A stretch of 24,171 nucleotides of DNA from Nitrospirota bacterium (GCA_031409835.1 JANNXZ010000309.1:1-24171), one strand, 5' to 3'; shown: positions 1 to 9,186, counted from the first letter of the stretch. The notes: generated by a model from the letters alone, not told the origin. Numbers and translations are program-made.

Positions 1-152
1 CCCTTCTTCAAAAGGCTCTTGAGCTGCGCCTTGGTAAATGGCTTCTCATAGTAGTTGACGGCTGTGAAGGGCTTGCCGCTCTCTTGTAATAATTGCACTG
101 CCTGACGGCATGTGCTACAGGTTGGTTTCTGGTAAATCGTTATCTCTGCCAT
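1..152 (-). CDS. ArsC/Spx/MgsR (glutaredoxin-type arsenate reductase-like) family protein, 5' part only; runs off the window start
   Basis: Manual translation from ATG at 152: MAEITIYQKPTCSTCRQAVQLLQESGKPFTAVNYYEKPFTKAQLKSLLKK. The IY..P.CSTCR motif is typical of the family. AGGAG RBS lies 7 nt upstream. Absent from the ORF track because it is truncated. Confidence 0.85.
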   Translation of the reverse strand, partial: MAEITIYQKPTCSTCRQAVQLLQESGKPFTAVNYYEKPFTKAQLKSLLKK

Positions 153-241
153 CTTCAAACTCCTATCTCAGTGTCTCGTCTGCCTTGACGCCGTTTTTAC
201 CCCCGTGATACACGAATCACGTCTCATTCACATGAAGGCCC

Positions 242-634
242 ATGATGCCAACACCAATCTTCGGAACGAGCTCCAGTGGGCAGTTTTCCTGCGCCACAGA
301 CACGCAGCACACCCTACGAGACCTCCGCACCAAGCGCAAGGGGCAGCCGGTGTTCGTCCTCGGGCATGTCTTGGTCCGTAAAGGGCAGGAAGGAACCTTC
401 GAGATCTTTAATGACCGCCTGGCCATCGTCAAATTCTCCGACGGCGGCGCAATAGGGTATGACCCGTTCGAATTGCTCTTACCCACCGATATCGACGACA
501 AGGGAATTGCCTATTTCGAAATTCGTTCTTGCCGACAGTGCGAACAACTCTTTCCCTTGACTGCCGAAGAATGTGAGGCAGCAGAAGAACCCGGCTCTTG
601 TCCGGAATGCCGCCCAGCGATCCGTGAAACGTGA
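242..634 (+). CDS. Hypothetical protein with a possible SH3-like beta region and a C-terminal CxxC...CxxC zinc ribbon
   Basis: 130-aa ORF ending in CRQC-x19-CPEC. Divergent from the ArsC-like gene and convergent with the next gene. Confidence 0.75.
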   Translation: MMPTPIFGTSSSGQFSCATDTQHTLRDLRTKRKGQPVFVLGHVLVRKGQEGTFEIFNDRLAIVKFSDGGAIGYDPFELLLPTDIDDKGIAYFEIRSCRQCEQLFPLTAEECEAAEEPGSCPECRPAIRET

Positions 635-694
635 GGCGTGAAACGACGGACTGCCTCATGGTCTTCCTCCGAAACCTTTCACCTTTCACGCTCA
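623..694. repeat. Heptamer-periodic inverted repeat (CGTGAAA family)
   Basis: Left arm CGTGAAA CGTGAGG CGTGAAA CGACGGA (623-650). Right arm CCTTTCA CCTTTCA CGCTCA (675-694), whose reverse complement contains CGTGAAAGGTGAAA. Confidence 0.7.
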
Positions 695-720
695 AGAAGC
701 TGCCTTTTATGAGCATCCTG

Positions 721-1098
721 CTAGTCGACCAGCGGCGCGATTTCGACCGCTTTCTTAATCAAGCAATCGCCTGCAAAAGCCTGCAAGGACATCGGCAGCA
801 TGCCGGCATCGATCACATGCACCGTGACGATCTGAAATCCTTCCGCGACTGTGTATCCTTCCACCCTCATGGCATGACAGATTTCGAGTTTTTTCCAAAT
901 GAGATTATTCAGGATTGTTTCCGACGCGAGCAGCGTCATGTCTGACACTGCATCATTTACCGAGACTTTCGCCGATACGCGCGCCTTATCTTTTGGTGCC
1001 TCGCTCACGACGGCGAAACCGAGTATTTCGCTGTCGGCCTGAACCGAGGACGCTGTCCCCATGACCATGAGACTGAACAGCATGAGCAGGAGGGACAT
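721..1098 (-). CDS. Exported hypothetical protein with signal peptide
   Basis: From ATG 1098 (GGAG RBS upstream): MSLLLMLFSLMVMGTASSVQA|DSEILG, a hydrophobic leader with a VQA cleavage-type site. 125 aa. The ORF-track start at 1143 is probably too far upstream. Confidence 0.8.
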   Translation of the reverse strand: MSLLLMLFSLMVMGTASSVQADSEILGFAVVSEAPKDKARVSAKVSVNDAVSDMTLLASETILNNLIWKKLEICHAMRVEGYTVAEGFQIVTVHVIDAGMLPMSLQAFAGDCLIKKAVEIAPLVD

Positions 1099-1133
1099 GG
1101 GGTTTTCTCCGGTCGTGAGCGGTCGACAACGTG

Positions 1134-1162
1134 AGTATGCCAACCGATAGGAGTCAATTCAA
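1134..1162 (-). promoter_or_regulatory. Possible sigma70 promoter for the exported protein
   Basis: TTGAAT-N17-CATACT on the minus strand; weak match. Confidence 0.3.
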
Positions 1163-1237
1163 GATCCTGCCGCTTCGAACATGATAGACTGCTCCCACAC
1201 GTCATCTATCCCGTCACTCAGGTGAAGGAACACGATC

Positions 1238-2371
1238 ATGCCACATGATTTTATGCCAGGGCTCGCTGGCGTCCCCGCAGCCAAATCTGCAATCAGCGAT
1301 GTAGACGGACAGCGTGGTGTGCTGGAATATCGCGGCATCCGTGTCGAAGAACTCTGCCTGCGGTCGACCTATCTCGAAACCGCCTATCTGTTGCTATTTG
1401 GGCACCTTCCCACTGAATCGCAGCTCGCTCGATGGAACGAGGACATCGTCCATCACCGCCGGATCAAATTCAGGATTGTCGATTTGTTGAAATGCCTTCC
1501 TGAGCAAGGGCATCCCATGGACGCCTTGCAGGCTGCTGTCGCCGCGTTAGGCATGTTTTATCCAGGCCGGAACGTCCAGGACGTCGACAATAACTATTGG
1601 TCTGCCGTCCGTCTCGTGGCGAAGCTGCCTACAATTGTCGCGGCCTGGGCTCGTCTGCGGCATGGGAACGAGTACATTCCACCACGCGACGATCTTGGTT
1701 TTTCGGAGAATTTTCTCTACATGCTGACTGAGACGGAGCCGCTTCCTTTATGGGGCGATCTGTTCGACGACTGTCTGATCCTCCATGCTGAGCACACGAT
1801 GAATGCGTCGACCTTCACCGGCATGGTCACAGCATCGACGCTGGCCGATCCCTATACGGTCGTCGCATCCTCAATCGGGGCTCTGAAGGGTCCGCTGCAT
1901 GGAGGGGCCAATGAAGAGGTCGTGCAGATGTTAAAGGAGATTGGTGAGCCAGGAAAGGCCCGACCTTACCTCGAAGAGCAGGTCCGTGCGAAACAACGAC
2001 TGATGGGTTTCGGTCATCGGGTGTACAAGGTCAAAGATCCCCGGGCGACAATCCTACAAGGTCTGTGCGAGCGACTCTTTAAGGAATGCGGTAATTCACG
2101 GATGTACGATGTGGCAGTGGAAGTCGAACGGGTCGCAGAAGAGCTGCTGAAGGGGAAGGGAATTTATCCCAACGTCGACTTCTACTCAGGAATCGTTTAC
2201 GAAAAAATGGGCATCGAGACCGATCTGTTCACACCATTATTCGCCATGGCGCGGGTGTCGGGGTGGCTGGCCCACTGGTTGGAGCAACTTCGCGAGAATA
2301 AACTATTCCGCCCAGACCAGATTTATTCTGGTGAACATGGCCGGTCGTATGTGCCTATCGCGCAGCGCTAG
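1238..2371 (+). CDS. gltA: Citrate synthase (small ~377-aa type)
   Basis: Motifs GPLHGGAN, GFGHRVYK and NVDFYSG; AAGGA RBS. 2-methylcitrate synthase is not strictly excluded. Confidence 0.93.
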   Translation: MPHDFMPGLAGVPAAKSAISDVDGQRGVLEYRGIRVEELCLRSTYLETAYLLLFGHLPTESQLARWNEDIVHHRRIKFRIVDLLKCLPEQGHPMDALQAAVAALGMFYPGRNVQDVDNNYWSAVRLVAKLPTIVAAWARLRHGNEYIPPRDDLGFSENFLYMLTETEPLPLWGDLFDDCLILHAEHTMNASTFTGMVTASTLADPYTVVASSIGALKGPLHGGANEEVVQMLKEIGEPGKARPYLEEQVRAKQRLMGFGHRVYKVKDPRATILQGLCERLFKECGNSRMYDVAVEVERVAEELLKGKGIYPNVDFYSGIVYEKMGIETDLFTPLFAMARVSGWLAHWLEQLRENKLFRPDQIYSGEHGRSYVPIAQR

Positions 2372-2376
2372 TACGC

Positions 2377-2477
2377 GCGAGACTGGCGGGACGCAAGGGT
2401 CTATCTGGTTCATCTGGTCTATCTAGTCTGTCTGGTTCAAGCAAACAAGACAAACCATCCGTTCTCGCCCGTCCGGC
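2377..2477. repeat. Nested periodic repeat: GC-rich nonamer arms around a GTCTATCTG-type nonamer array
   Basis: Left arm GCGAGACTG GCGGGACGC (2377-2394). Core GTCTATCTG GTTCATCTG GTCTATCTA GTCTGTCTG (2399-2434). Right arm reverse complement GCCGGACGG GCGAGAACG (2460-2477). Confidence 0.8.
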
Positions 2478-2488
2478 GCTAGCTCCTC

Positions 2489-2518
2489 TTGTGCTAGCTG
2501 GCGGCTACCGTTTATTAT
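2489..2518 (+). promoter_or_regulatory. Possible sigma70 promoter for fumC
   Basis: TTGTGC-N18-TATTAT, 42 nt upstream of the ATG. Confidence 0.3.
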
Positions 2519-2560
2519 GGCGCCCGCACCACCTAGCCCCCTCACCCCGGAGTAGTATCC

Positions 2561-3997
2561 ATGAAGAAACCAGTGACTCAGTCATCACCGACGACCAGAG
2601 TTGAACGCGATACGATGGGCGAGCTGGCCGTGCCGGCCACGGCCTATTATGGTGTGCAAACCGCTCGCGCGATTGAAAACTTCCCAATCAGCTCGCTGCG
2701 ATTCCCCCGCGCCATGATCCGGGCGATGGGAATGATCAAACGCGCTGCTGCAACGGTCAATCAGTCGCTGGGTCTCCTCGACAAGAAACCAGCGGATGCA
2801 ATCAACCAAGCCGCGACCGAAGTGGTCGAGGGAGCGCTCGATGCCGAATTTCCTGTGGACATTTTTCAAACCGGCTCAGGCACCTCGACGAACATGAACA
2901 CCAACGAGGTGATCTCCAACCGCGCCACTGAGCTGTTAGGCGGAGCACGGGGCAGCAAGCTGGTGCATCCCAACGATCACGTCAATCTGGGCCAATCCAG
3001 CAACGACGTGATTCCTACAGCGATTCATATTGCCGCCGGGGAGATGATGCAGCAACAACTCATTCCGGCGCTCACCTGCTTGCAGAAAGCGCTCGCTCGG
3101 AAAGCCAAAGAGTTCGACAAGATCGTCAAGATCGGGCGCACCCATTTACAGGATGCGACGCCTGTTCGATTGGGGCAGGAGTTCGGCGGGTATGCGAGGC
3201 AGATTGAACTCGGCATTCAACGGGTCAAGCGAGCGCAGGATGCCCTTAGTGAAGTCGCACTCGGCGGCACCGCAGTCGGCACAGGGCTTAACTGCCATCC
3301 GAAGTTCTCCACCAAGGTGATGGCCATCGTGTCGAAAGAGACCGGCTGCAAGTTCATAGAAGCGAAGAACCACTTTGAAGCGCAGTCCACACAGGATTCG
3401 TTGGTCGAAGCGAGCGGAGAACTGAAGACCATTGCCGTGAGCCTCATGAAGATTGCCAACGATATTCGCTGGCTCGGTTCCGGCCCTCGCTGCGGGCTCG
3501 GGGAGATTAATTTGCCGGAGACACAGCCAGGCTCGTCCATCATGCCGGGGAAAGTAAACCCGGTCATTGCCGAATCGGTGACGATGGTCTGCGCGCAGGT
3601 GATCGGCAACGATGTGACCGTCACAGTGGGCGGGCAGGCGGCCAACTTCGAACTGATCGTCATGATGCCGGTGATGGCCTATAACCTCTTGCAATCCATT
3701 GAACTCCTCTCGACAGCCTCGGCCAACTTCGCAGTCAAGTGTATCGACGGCATCAAAGCCAACGAGGAACGTTGCAGAAGCTTGATCGAGGAAAGTCTGG
3801 CCATGTGCACTGCCCTGGCGCCAGAGATCGGGTACGAAGCTGCCGCCAAACTCGCCAAGGACGCCCATAAGTCAGGCAAGACCGTGCGCCAGATGGCCAA
3901 GGAACAAAAAGTCCTCTCAGAAAAGCGCCTCACCGAACTGCTCGACCCCTGGCGCATGACCGAACCAGGTGGGCCGGTGGGAAGTGCAGGGGGGTAG
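2561..3997 (+). CDS. fumC: Class II fumarate hydratase
   Basis: Motifs QTGSGTSTNMN, SSNDVIPTAIH, GRTHLQDATP and GSSIMPGKVNP; GGAG RBS. Confidence 0.93.
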   Translation: MKKPVTQSSPTTRVERDTMGELAVPATAYYGVQTARAIENFPISSLRFPRAMIRAMGMIKRAAATVNQSLGLLDKKPADAINQAATEVVEGALDAEFPVDIFQTGSGTSTNMNTNEVISNRATELLGGARGSKLVHPNDHVNLGQSSNDVIPTAIHIAAGEMMQQQLIPALTCLQKALARKAKEFDKIVKIGRTHLQDATPVRLGQEFGGYARQIELGIQRVKRAQDALSEVALGGTAVGTGLNCHPKFSTKVMAIVSKETGCKFIEAKNHFEAQSTQDSLVEASGELKTIAVSLMKIANDIRWLGSGPRCGLGEINLPETQPGSSIMPGKVNPVIAESVTMVCAQVIGNDVTVTVGGQAANFELIVMMPVMAYNLLQSIELLSTASANFAVKCIDGIKANEERCRSLIEESLAMCTALAPEIGYEAAAKLAKDAHKSGKTVRQMAKEQKVLSEKRLTELLDPWRMTEPGGPVGSAGG

Positions 3998-4044
3998 GCT
4001 AGGAGTAAAAGGGCTATGGGGGTAGCGGGATAATAGAGGGGTAA

Positions 4045-4080
4045 GGGACTGGCTCCGCCGTCTGCGGCGGTGCCTGTCCC
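4045..4080. repeat. REP-like GC-rich hairpin
   Basis: GGGACTGGCTCCGCCG-TCTG-CGGCGGTGCCTGTCCC. 14 of 16 stem positions pair; the two mismatches are T.T (4050/4075 and 4054/4071). Confidence 0.75.
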
Positions 4081-4093
4081 ACTTCTCAGGTGG

Positions 4094-4121
4094 CGCTTCA
4101 CGCTTCACGAACGACGCTTCA
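4094..4121. repeat. Heptamer tandem array (CGCTTCA), same family as 623-694 in the opposite orientation
   Basis: CGCTTCA CGCTTCA CGAACGA CGCTTCA; the reverse complement contains CGTGAAG CGTGAAG. Confidence 0.7.
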
Positions 4122-4136
4122 GGCACACAAGCCGCT

Positions 4137-4166
4137 TTGACACCACAAAACCCCCTATGTTAAAGT
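4137..4166 (+). promoter_or_regulatory. Sigma70-type promoter for the oxidoreductase
   Basis: TTGACA-N18-TAAAGT with a TG extended -10 element. Confidence 0.55.
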
Positions 4167-4223
4167 CCGCGGAACTGTTGAGGTTCTAGGCACTATTCAC
4201 TCACTCTCCCCAGGGAACAACGC

Positions 4224-5582
4224 ATGAGCGATCAAGGCAAGCATGTGATTATTGTGGCCGGCGCTGGACCGGCTGGAATGGCCGTGGCGAGTTCACTCGC
4301 GAAGGCAGGCCATGAAATTGTTATCCTGAATCGGGACATTAAGTTCGGCGGGTTGGCTGAGTATGGGATTTTCCCCGCAAAGCTTAAGCTGCGCGGCGGT
4401 CTCAGGAAGCAGTACTGGGAGTTGCTTGAGCGACCGAACGTCCACTATTTCGGCAATGTCTCAATCGGCAACGGTAAAGATCTTACCGTCGAAGAGATCA
4501 GAAACCTTGGCGCCAGCGCCGTCGTATTCTCTATTGGCGCGCAAGGGACTAAGGCCATTGGCGTGGAAGGGGATTCAGCCAAGGGCGTGTTCCATGCGAA
4601 GGATGTCGTATACCACTTTAATCGGTTACCCGGATTCGGCGATCGCCCATTTGAAATGGGTCAGCATGTGGCCGTGATCGGCGCCGGCGATGTGATGGTC
4701 GATATCGCGCATTGGTTGGTCCGCTATAAGAAGGTTGAGCGGGTCACCGCGATCGTGCGGCGTGGGCCAGTCGAGCGAAAGTACAATCCGAAAGAAATTC
4801 GCATGGTGTGCGCCAACATGGATGTGGACGGGATTGCCAATGAGGTCGCTCGGATTAAGGATCGCCTTGCCGCGGTCGGCCAGAATGCAGACGAAGTACT
4901 CAAGGGTCTGACGGACGAGTTTACAAAGTGTGAACCAACAGTCAGCGAGACGAAGATGGGTTTCAAGTTTTTGGCCTCTCCAAAACGCATCCTAGTGGAT
5001 GAGAACAATCGGGTTCGTGGCCTGGAGATGGAAGACAACAAGCTCGATCCAAAAGGTGAGGATACGGTCGCCGTCGGACTGAAACAGTATTATGAATTCC
5101 CTTGCGACTCTGTGGTCTTTGCCGTCGGCGACAAAGTCGATGAGACCGTTGGGTTACCATATAAGAGTGGTCTGTTCGTCACGAATCCCAACAAGACCGG
5201 CAACGATCCGGACGACGCGCTTTTCCAAGCTTATGACGAAACTGCAGGCAAGATTATGGATGGTGTGTTTCTCGCTGGGTGGGCACGGAAGGCAAGCGAG
5301 GGCTTAGTCGGCATTGCTAAACGGGACGGGGATTGGTGCGCAGAAGTTGTCAGCAAATACCTTTCGACGAAAACATCAGACAGCCAATCTGACATCAAAG
5401 TCGTCCTCGGCGAGCTAGCCGCAACTCTCACGGCGCATAAGAGTCACCCGGTCGATCTGGCGGGGCTTCGGACGCTTGAGGCGAGTGAGAAAAGTCACTG
5501 GAGTGAGAAAGAGTGTATCGGGGAGTTTAAATTTACGAGCAACCAGGAAATGATTGAGTTGATCGAGCGCGGGAAGACATAA
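4224..5582 (+). CDS. FAD/NAD(P)-binding oxidoreductase, probably a ferredoxin-NADP+ reductase of the adrenodoxin-reductase/FprA type
   Basis: N-terminal GAGPAG FAD motif, GGLAEYGI, a second Rossmann motif GAGDVMVDIA and a C-terminal AGWARKASEG(L)VG. No Fe-S cysteine cluster seen. Confidence 0.75.
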   Translation: MSDQGKHVIIVAGAGPAGMAVASSLAKAGHEIVILNRDIKFGGLAEYGIFPAKLKLRGGLRKQYWELLERPNVHYFGNVSIGNGKDLTVEEIRNLGASAVVFSIGAQGTKAIGVEGDSAKGVFHAKDVVYHFNRLPGFGDRPFEMGQHVAVIGAGDVMVDIAHWLVRYKKVERVTAIVRRGPVERKYNPKEIRMVCANMDVDGIANEVARIKDRLAAVGQNADEVLKGLTDEFTKCEPTVSETKMGFKFLASPKRILVDENNRVRGLEMEDNKLDPKGEDTVAVGLKQYYEFPCDSVVFAVGDKVDETVGLPYKSGLFVTNPNKTGNDPDDALFQAYDETAGKIMDGVFLAGWARKASEGLVGIAKRDGDWCAEVVSKYLSTKTSDSQSDIKVVLGELAATLTAHKSHPVDLAGLRTLEASEKSHWSEKECIGEFKFTSNQEMIELIERGKT

Positions 5583-5600
5583 CCAGCAGGCCCTTCGTTT

Positions 5601-6461
5601 CTATCCATCCCCCCATTTGAGCTTTTCTCTCAGCACGTCATAGTAATTGCTCTCTGGAAACCGGATCAATCTGGTCCGGTGCTCCGAGGTCTGGATCATA
5701 ATCGTGTCTCCCTGCGTGATTGCCACTCCCATCTGTCCATCGAGCGTCGCCATGGCGCCGTCATCTTTACTGGTGAGCGTCACATCAATCTTCACATTAC
5801 CCGGCACGATCAATGGCCGATGCGTCAGCGTATGAGGGCTAATCGACGTCAGAATCAATGACTGGACAGCCGGATCGATAATGGGGCCTCCGGCTGAAAG
5901 AGAATAGGCGGTGGATCCCGTCGGGCTGCTGACAATCAGCCCATCGCCGCGCAAGTTGGTCACGAATCGTCCTTGAATCGCAATCTTGAGTTCGATCATG
6001 TGGGCCAGCGTGCCCTTGCCGATGACGACATCGTTCAACACCACTCCTTGCGCAACCGTCTCTCCATGCCGAAGTATATTTGTCCGTAGCATGAGCCGCT
6101 CATCGAGGACGAAGTCATTTGCAAATACCCGTTCGAGCGAGGGAAATAGATTTTCCAGGCGCACCTCAGTCAAAAAGCCGAGCCCACCCATGTTGACGCC
6201 GAGGATGGGAATGCCTCGCTCAGCGGCAAGTCGCGCAGCATTGAGCATGGTTCCGTCGCCGCCCAAAACCAGAAGTACGTCCGCTTTGCTCGCCAGTTGA
6301 GCGTTCTGATACCCCCCCTGTTCACCGAGAAGCATCGCCGCCGTCTGATCTAAAATCACATCGATGCTTCGAGCCCGGAGCCAGGCGATGACATCTTGCA
6401 GCGTACTCTTGATCTCAGGAAACTTAGGCTTTGCCAGAATCCCGATACTTTTGCTTTTCAT
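5601..6461 (-). CDS. nadK: NAD kinase
   Basis: Motifs LGGDGTML, GVNMGGLGFL, LND and SPTGSTAYSLSAGGP. Confidence 0.96.
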   Translation of the reverse strand: MKSKSIGILAKPKFPEIKSTLQDVIAWLRARSIDVILDQTAAMLLGEQGGYQNAQLASKADVLLVLGGDGTMLNAARLAAERGIPILGVNMGGLGFLTEVRLENLFPSLERVFANDFVLDERLMLRTNILRHGETVAQGVVLNDVVIGKGTLAHMIELKIAIQGRFVTNLRGDGLIVSSPTGSTAYSLSAGGPIIDPAVQSLILTSISPHTLTHRPLIVPGNVKIDVTLTSKDDGAMATLDGQMGVAITQGDTIMIQTSEHRTRLIRFPESNYYDVLREKLKWGDG

Positions 6462-6512
6462 GCGGTGAAACTCTGTTGTCGTTCCATCGAGAGGTTAGAG
6501 AAAATGTGCGCA

Positions 6513-6542
6513 ATTGTATCGGGTGGGTTATTTTGAAGTCAA
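6513..6542 (-). promoter_or_regulatory. Sigma70-type promoter for nadK
   Basis: TTGACT-N18-TACAAT on the minus strand, back-to-back with the clpC promoter. Confidence 0.55.
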
Positions 6543-6622
6543 CGAATCAGAAGGCGACAGACCTTCACCGATATGTATTTCGTCCACTCCAAACTCTTGG
6601 CTTGTGCGATTGTCTCGTAGTC

Positions 6623-6651
6623 TTGACACTTAAAATCCTTCTAGCTAGAAT
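6623..6651 (+). promoter_or_regulatory. Near-consensus sigma70 promoter for clpC
   Basis: TTGACA-N17-TAGAAT. Confidence 0.75.
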
Positions 6652-6718
6652 TAGCTCAGATTTTTCGAGAACTTTGCGTACATGAACCGGTCATAGGCTG
6701 CATCTAAAAGGAGGCAGG

Positions 6719-9145
6719 ATGTTCGAAAGATTTACGGATAAGGGCAGGAAGATCATTATCCTCGCACGGGAAGAGGCTGAACGTCATCAGAACGACTACC
6801 TCGGGACCGAGCATCTTGTCTTGGCCATTCTCCGTGAATCCGACGGGATTGCCTTGATGATCTTGAAAAAAATGGGACTTTCGACTGAACAAGTCCGTTT
6901 GGAGATTGAACGGAATTTGCCTGGCGGGGGAACCACCATGACCTTTGGTGAGATCCCATTCAGCCCGCGGGTCAAGAAGGTCATCGAATACGGGGTCGAA
7001 GAAGCCCGTCTCCTTGGACATAATCATATTGGTAGTGAGCATCTCTTATTGGGCCTCCTCCGAGAAGAGGAGGGGATCGGCGGAAAGATTCTCCGCAGCT
7101 TAGGCGCCAATCTCCTCACTGCCAGACAATTGACCGTGACATTCTTACGGAAATCTGCCCCGCGTGAGCGGGACCGGAAGAGTAATACCCCAGCACTTGA
7201 TGAATTCGGTCGCGATCTGACCCAGCTTGCCCAGGCGGGGCAACTGGATCCTGTCATCGGTCGAGCCGACGAAATCGAGCGGGTGCTTCAGATCCTGAGC
7301 CGCCGCTCAAAAAACAATCCCGTGCTCATCGGGGAAGCCGGGGTCGGCAAGACTGCCATTGTTGAAGGTCTTGCCCAACGAATTATCCAGTCTGAAGTGC
7401 CGGATAACCTTCTCTCGCGACGTGTCATTGCACTCGACCTCGGCTCATTGGTCGCGGGCACGAAATATCGGGGCCAATTCGAAGAACGGCTGAAGGTCGT
7501 GATGAAGGAAATCGTCCAGGCCGGGAACATCATCATTTTCATCGATGAACTCCATACTTTGGTGGGTGCAGGGGCGGCGGAAGGATCGATCGATGCCTCC
7601 AACATGCTCAAGCCCGCACTATCGCGTGGAGAAATTCAATGTATCGGTGCCACGACTCTCGATGAGTATCGAAAGCATATTGAGAAGGATGGAGCCCTCA
7701 AGCGACGGTTTCAGCCGATCCACGTCCAGCCGCCGAGCATGGATGAAACAGTGCTGATTATCCAAGGGCTTCGCGATCGGTATGAAGAACATCATGGGGT
7801 CGAGATTTCAGAAGAGGCCATCCTCGAAGCGGTTAAGCTGTCCGATCGATACATTAGCGATCGGTTCCTACCGGACAAGGCCATCGATTTGATCGATGAG
7901 ACTGGGTCGCGGGCAAAATTGCAGGCGTATGCACTGCCGTCGGACTTGAAGGCCATGGAGCAAGAGCTGAAAAAAGTCTCTCGCGACAAGGAACTGGCTA
8001 TTTCGATGCAGAACTTCGAGGAGGCTGTTCGCCATCGCGAGGAAGAAGAACGTCTGCGAAAACTCCTCGATGAATCCAAGCGTGAGTGGAAGAAGAACCA
8101 GGAAAAAAATAAACCGACGATTGGGAAAGAAGAGGTCGCCTATGTCGTCTCCAAAATGACAGGCATTCCACTCTTCAAGCTTGAGGAAGAAGAATCGAAC
8201 AAGCTGCTTCGTATGGAGGAATTCCTCCATAAACGCGTGATTGGGCAGAATGAGGCAATCTCCGCTGTGGCCCGAGCCATTCGGCGGTCACGTGCCGGCC
8301 TGAAAGAAGCGAAGAAGCCCATCGGGTCTTTTATTTTTCTAGGACCAACTGGGGTCGGGAAAACTGAGCTAGCAAGGACATTAGCGGAGTTCCTCTTCAA
8401 TAGTGAAGACTCGCTCATTCGGATCGACATGTCCGAATATCAGGAAAAGTTCACCAGTTCACGGCTCTTCGGCGCCCCTCCTGGGTACGTGGGGTATGAA
8501 GAAGGTGGCCAATTGACTGAGCGGGTTCGGCGCCGGCCCTATTCCGTGGTCCTGTTCGACGAAATCGAAAAGGCCCATCCCGATGTGTTCAATATTTTGC
8601 TGCAAGTATTGGACGACGGGGTGCTGACCGACAGTCTCGGACGCAAAGTGGACTTCAAGAATTGTGTCATTATCATGACCTCCAATATCGGGACGAAGAT
8701 GATTCAGAAGGGGGTTTCGCTCGGATTCCAGAACACGGAAGGCGATCAAGAGCGCCACAAAAAGGAAGAAGTATTAGGAGAATTGCGCCGCTCGTTCAGC
8801 CCGGAATTCCTCAACCGGATCGACGAAATCGTGGTTTTCCACCAGTTGGACAAAACACATCTCACCAATATTCTCGACATCCTTTTGAGTGAACTCAACC
8901 TCCGTCTGCTCGACAAGGGTGTGGAGATCGAGGTCGAGGATGACGTCAAACAGTGGCTGATCAAAGAAGGCTATCAACCGCTTTACGGCGCCAGACCGAT
9001 GCGCCGAACGATTCAGCGAGCGATTGGCGATCCTCTCTCCGAAGAGATGATTAGAGGACGATTCAAGGAATGCCGAAAGATCCGGGTGGTGCTTCGAGAC
9101 GGCGCTCCGGCATTCATTGAGCAGGAGGCGATGGCTGGCGTCTAG
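6719..9145 (+). CDS. clpC: ATP-dependent Clp protease ATP-binding subunit ClpC
   Basis: Double Clp-N repeat (GTEH/GSEH), two Walker A motifs ([16 protein letters not shown]), a short UVR-type middle coiled coil and an LGF ClpP-docking loop. 808 aa, AGGAGG RBS. Confidence 0.95.
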   Translation: MFERFTDKGRKIIILAREEAERHQNDYLGTEHLVLAILRESDGIALMILKKMGLSTEQVRLEIERNLPGGGTTMTFGEIPFSPRVKKVIEYGVEEARLLGHNHIGSEHLLLGLLREEEGIGGKILRSLGANLLTARQLTVTFLRKSAPRERDRKSNTPALDEFGRDLTQLAQAGQLDPVIGRADEIERVLQILSRRSKNNPVLIGEAGVGKTAIVEGLAQRIIQSEVPDNLLSRRVIALDLGSLVAGTKYRGQFEERLKVVMKEIVQAGNIIIFIDELHTLVGAGAAEGSIDASNMLKPALSRGEIQCIGATTLDEYRKHIEKDGALKRRFQPIHVQPPSMDETVLIIQGLRDRYEEHHGVEISEEAILEAVKLSDRYISDRFLPDKAIDLIDETGSRAKLQAYALPSDLKAMEQELKKVSRDKELAISMQNFEEAVRHREEEERLRKLLDESKREWKKNQEKNKPTIGKEEVAYVVSKMTGIPLFKLEEEESNKLLRMEEFLHKRVIGQNEAISAVARAIRRSRAGLKEAKKPIGSFIFLGPTGVGKTELARTLAEFLFNSEDSLIRIDMSEYQEKFTSSRLFGAPPGYVGYEEGGQLTERVRRRPYSVVLFDEIEKAHPDVFNILLQVLDDGVLTDSLGRKVDFKNCVIIMTSNIGTKMIQKGVSLGFQNTEGDQERHKKEEVLGELRRSFSPEFLNRIDEIVVFHQLDKTHLTNILDILLSELNLRLLDKGVEIEVEDDVKQWLIKEGYQPLYGARPMRRTIQRAIGDPLSEEMIRGRFKECRKIRVVLRDGAPAFIEQEAMAGV

Positions 9146-9186
9146 TATCTTAGCCTAGCGCCTGCGCGACGCCATTGCATAGAGTA

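Noticed and set aside
185-213. Promoter TTGACG-N17-ATACAC for ORF 242-634
   Set aside because: Good -35 but the -10 lacks the conserved T positions; too weak to call.
631-945. 104-aa plus-strand ORF
   Set aside because: It starts inside the heptamer repeat and overlaps the signal-peptide-bearing minus-strand gene.
721-1098. c-type cytochrome call for the exported protein
   Set aside because: It has EICH but not CxxCH; only two distant cysteines.
2399-2434. Periodic arrays as CRISPR
   Set aside because: The units are 7-9 bp and contiguous, with no unique spacers and no cas genes.
3146-3868. 240-aa and other minus-strand ORFs inside fumC
   Set aside because: Antisense shadows of a well-supported gene. 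The same applies to the nested ORFs in clpC, hflX, nth, efp, accB and the symporter.
6623-6660. CIRCE or CtsR operator upstream of clpC
   Set aside because: TTGACACTT resembles the left CIRCE arm only because it is the -35 box. The right arm does not match GAGTGCTAA, and there is no GGTCAAA direct repeat.
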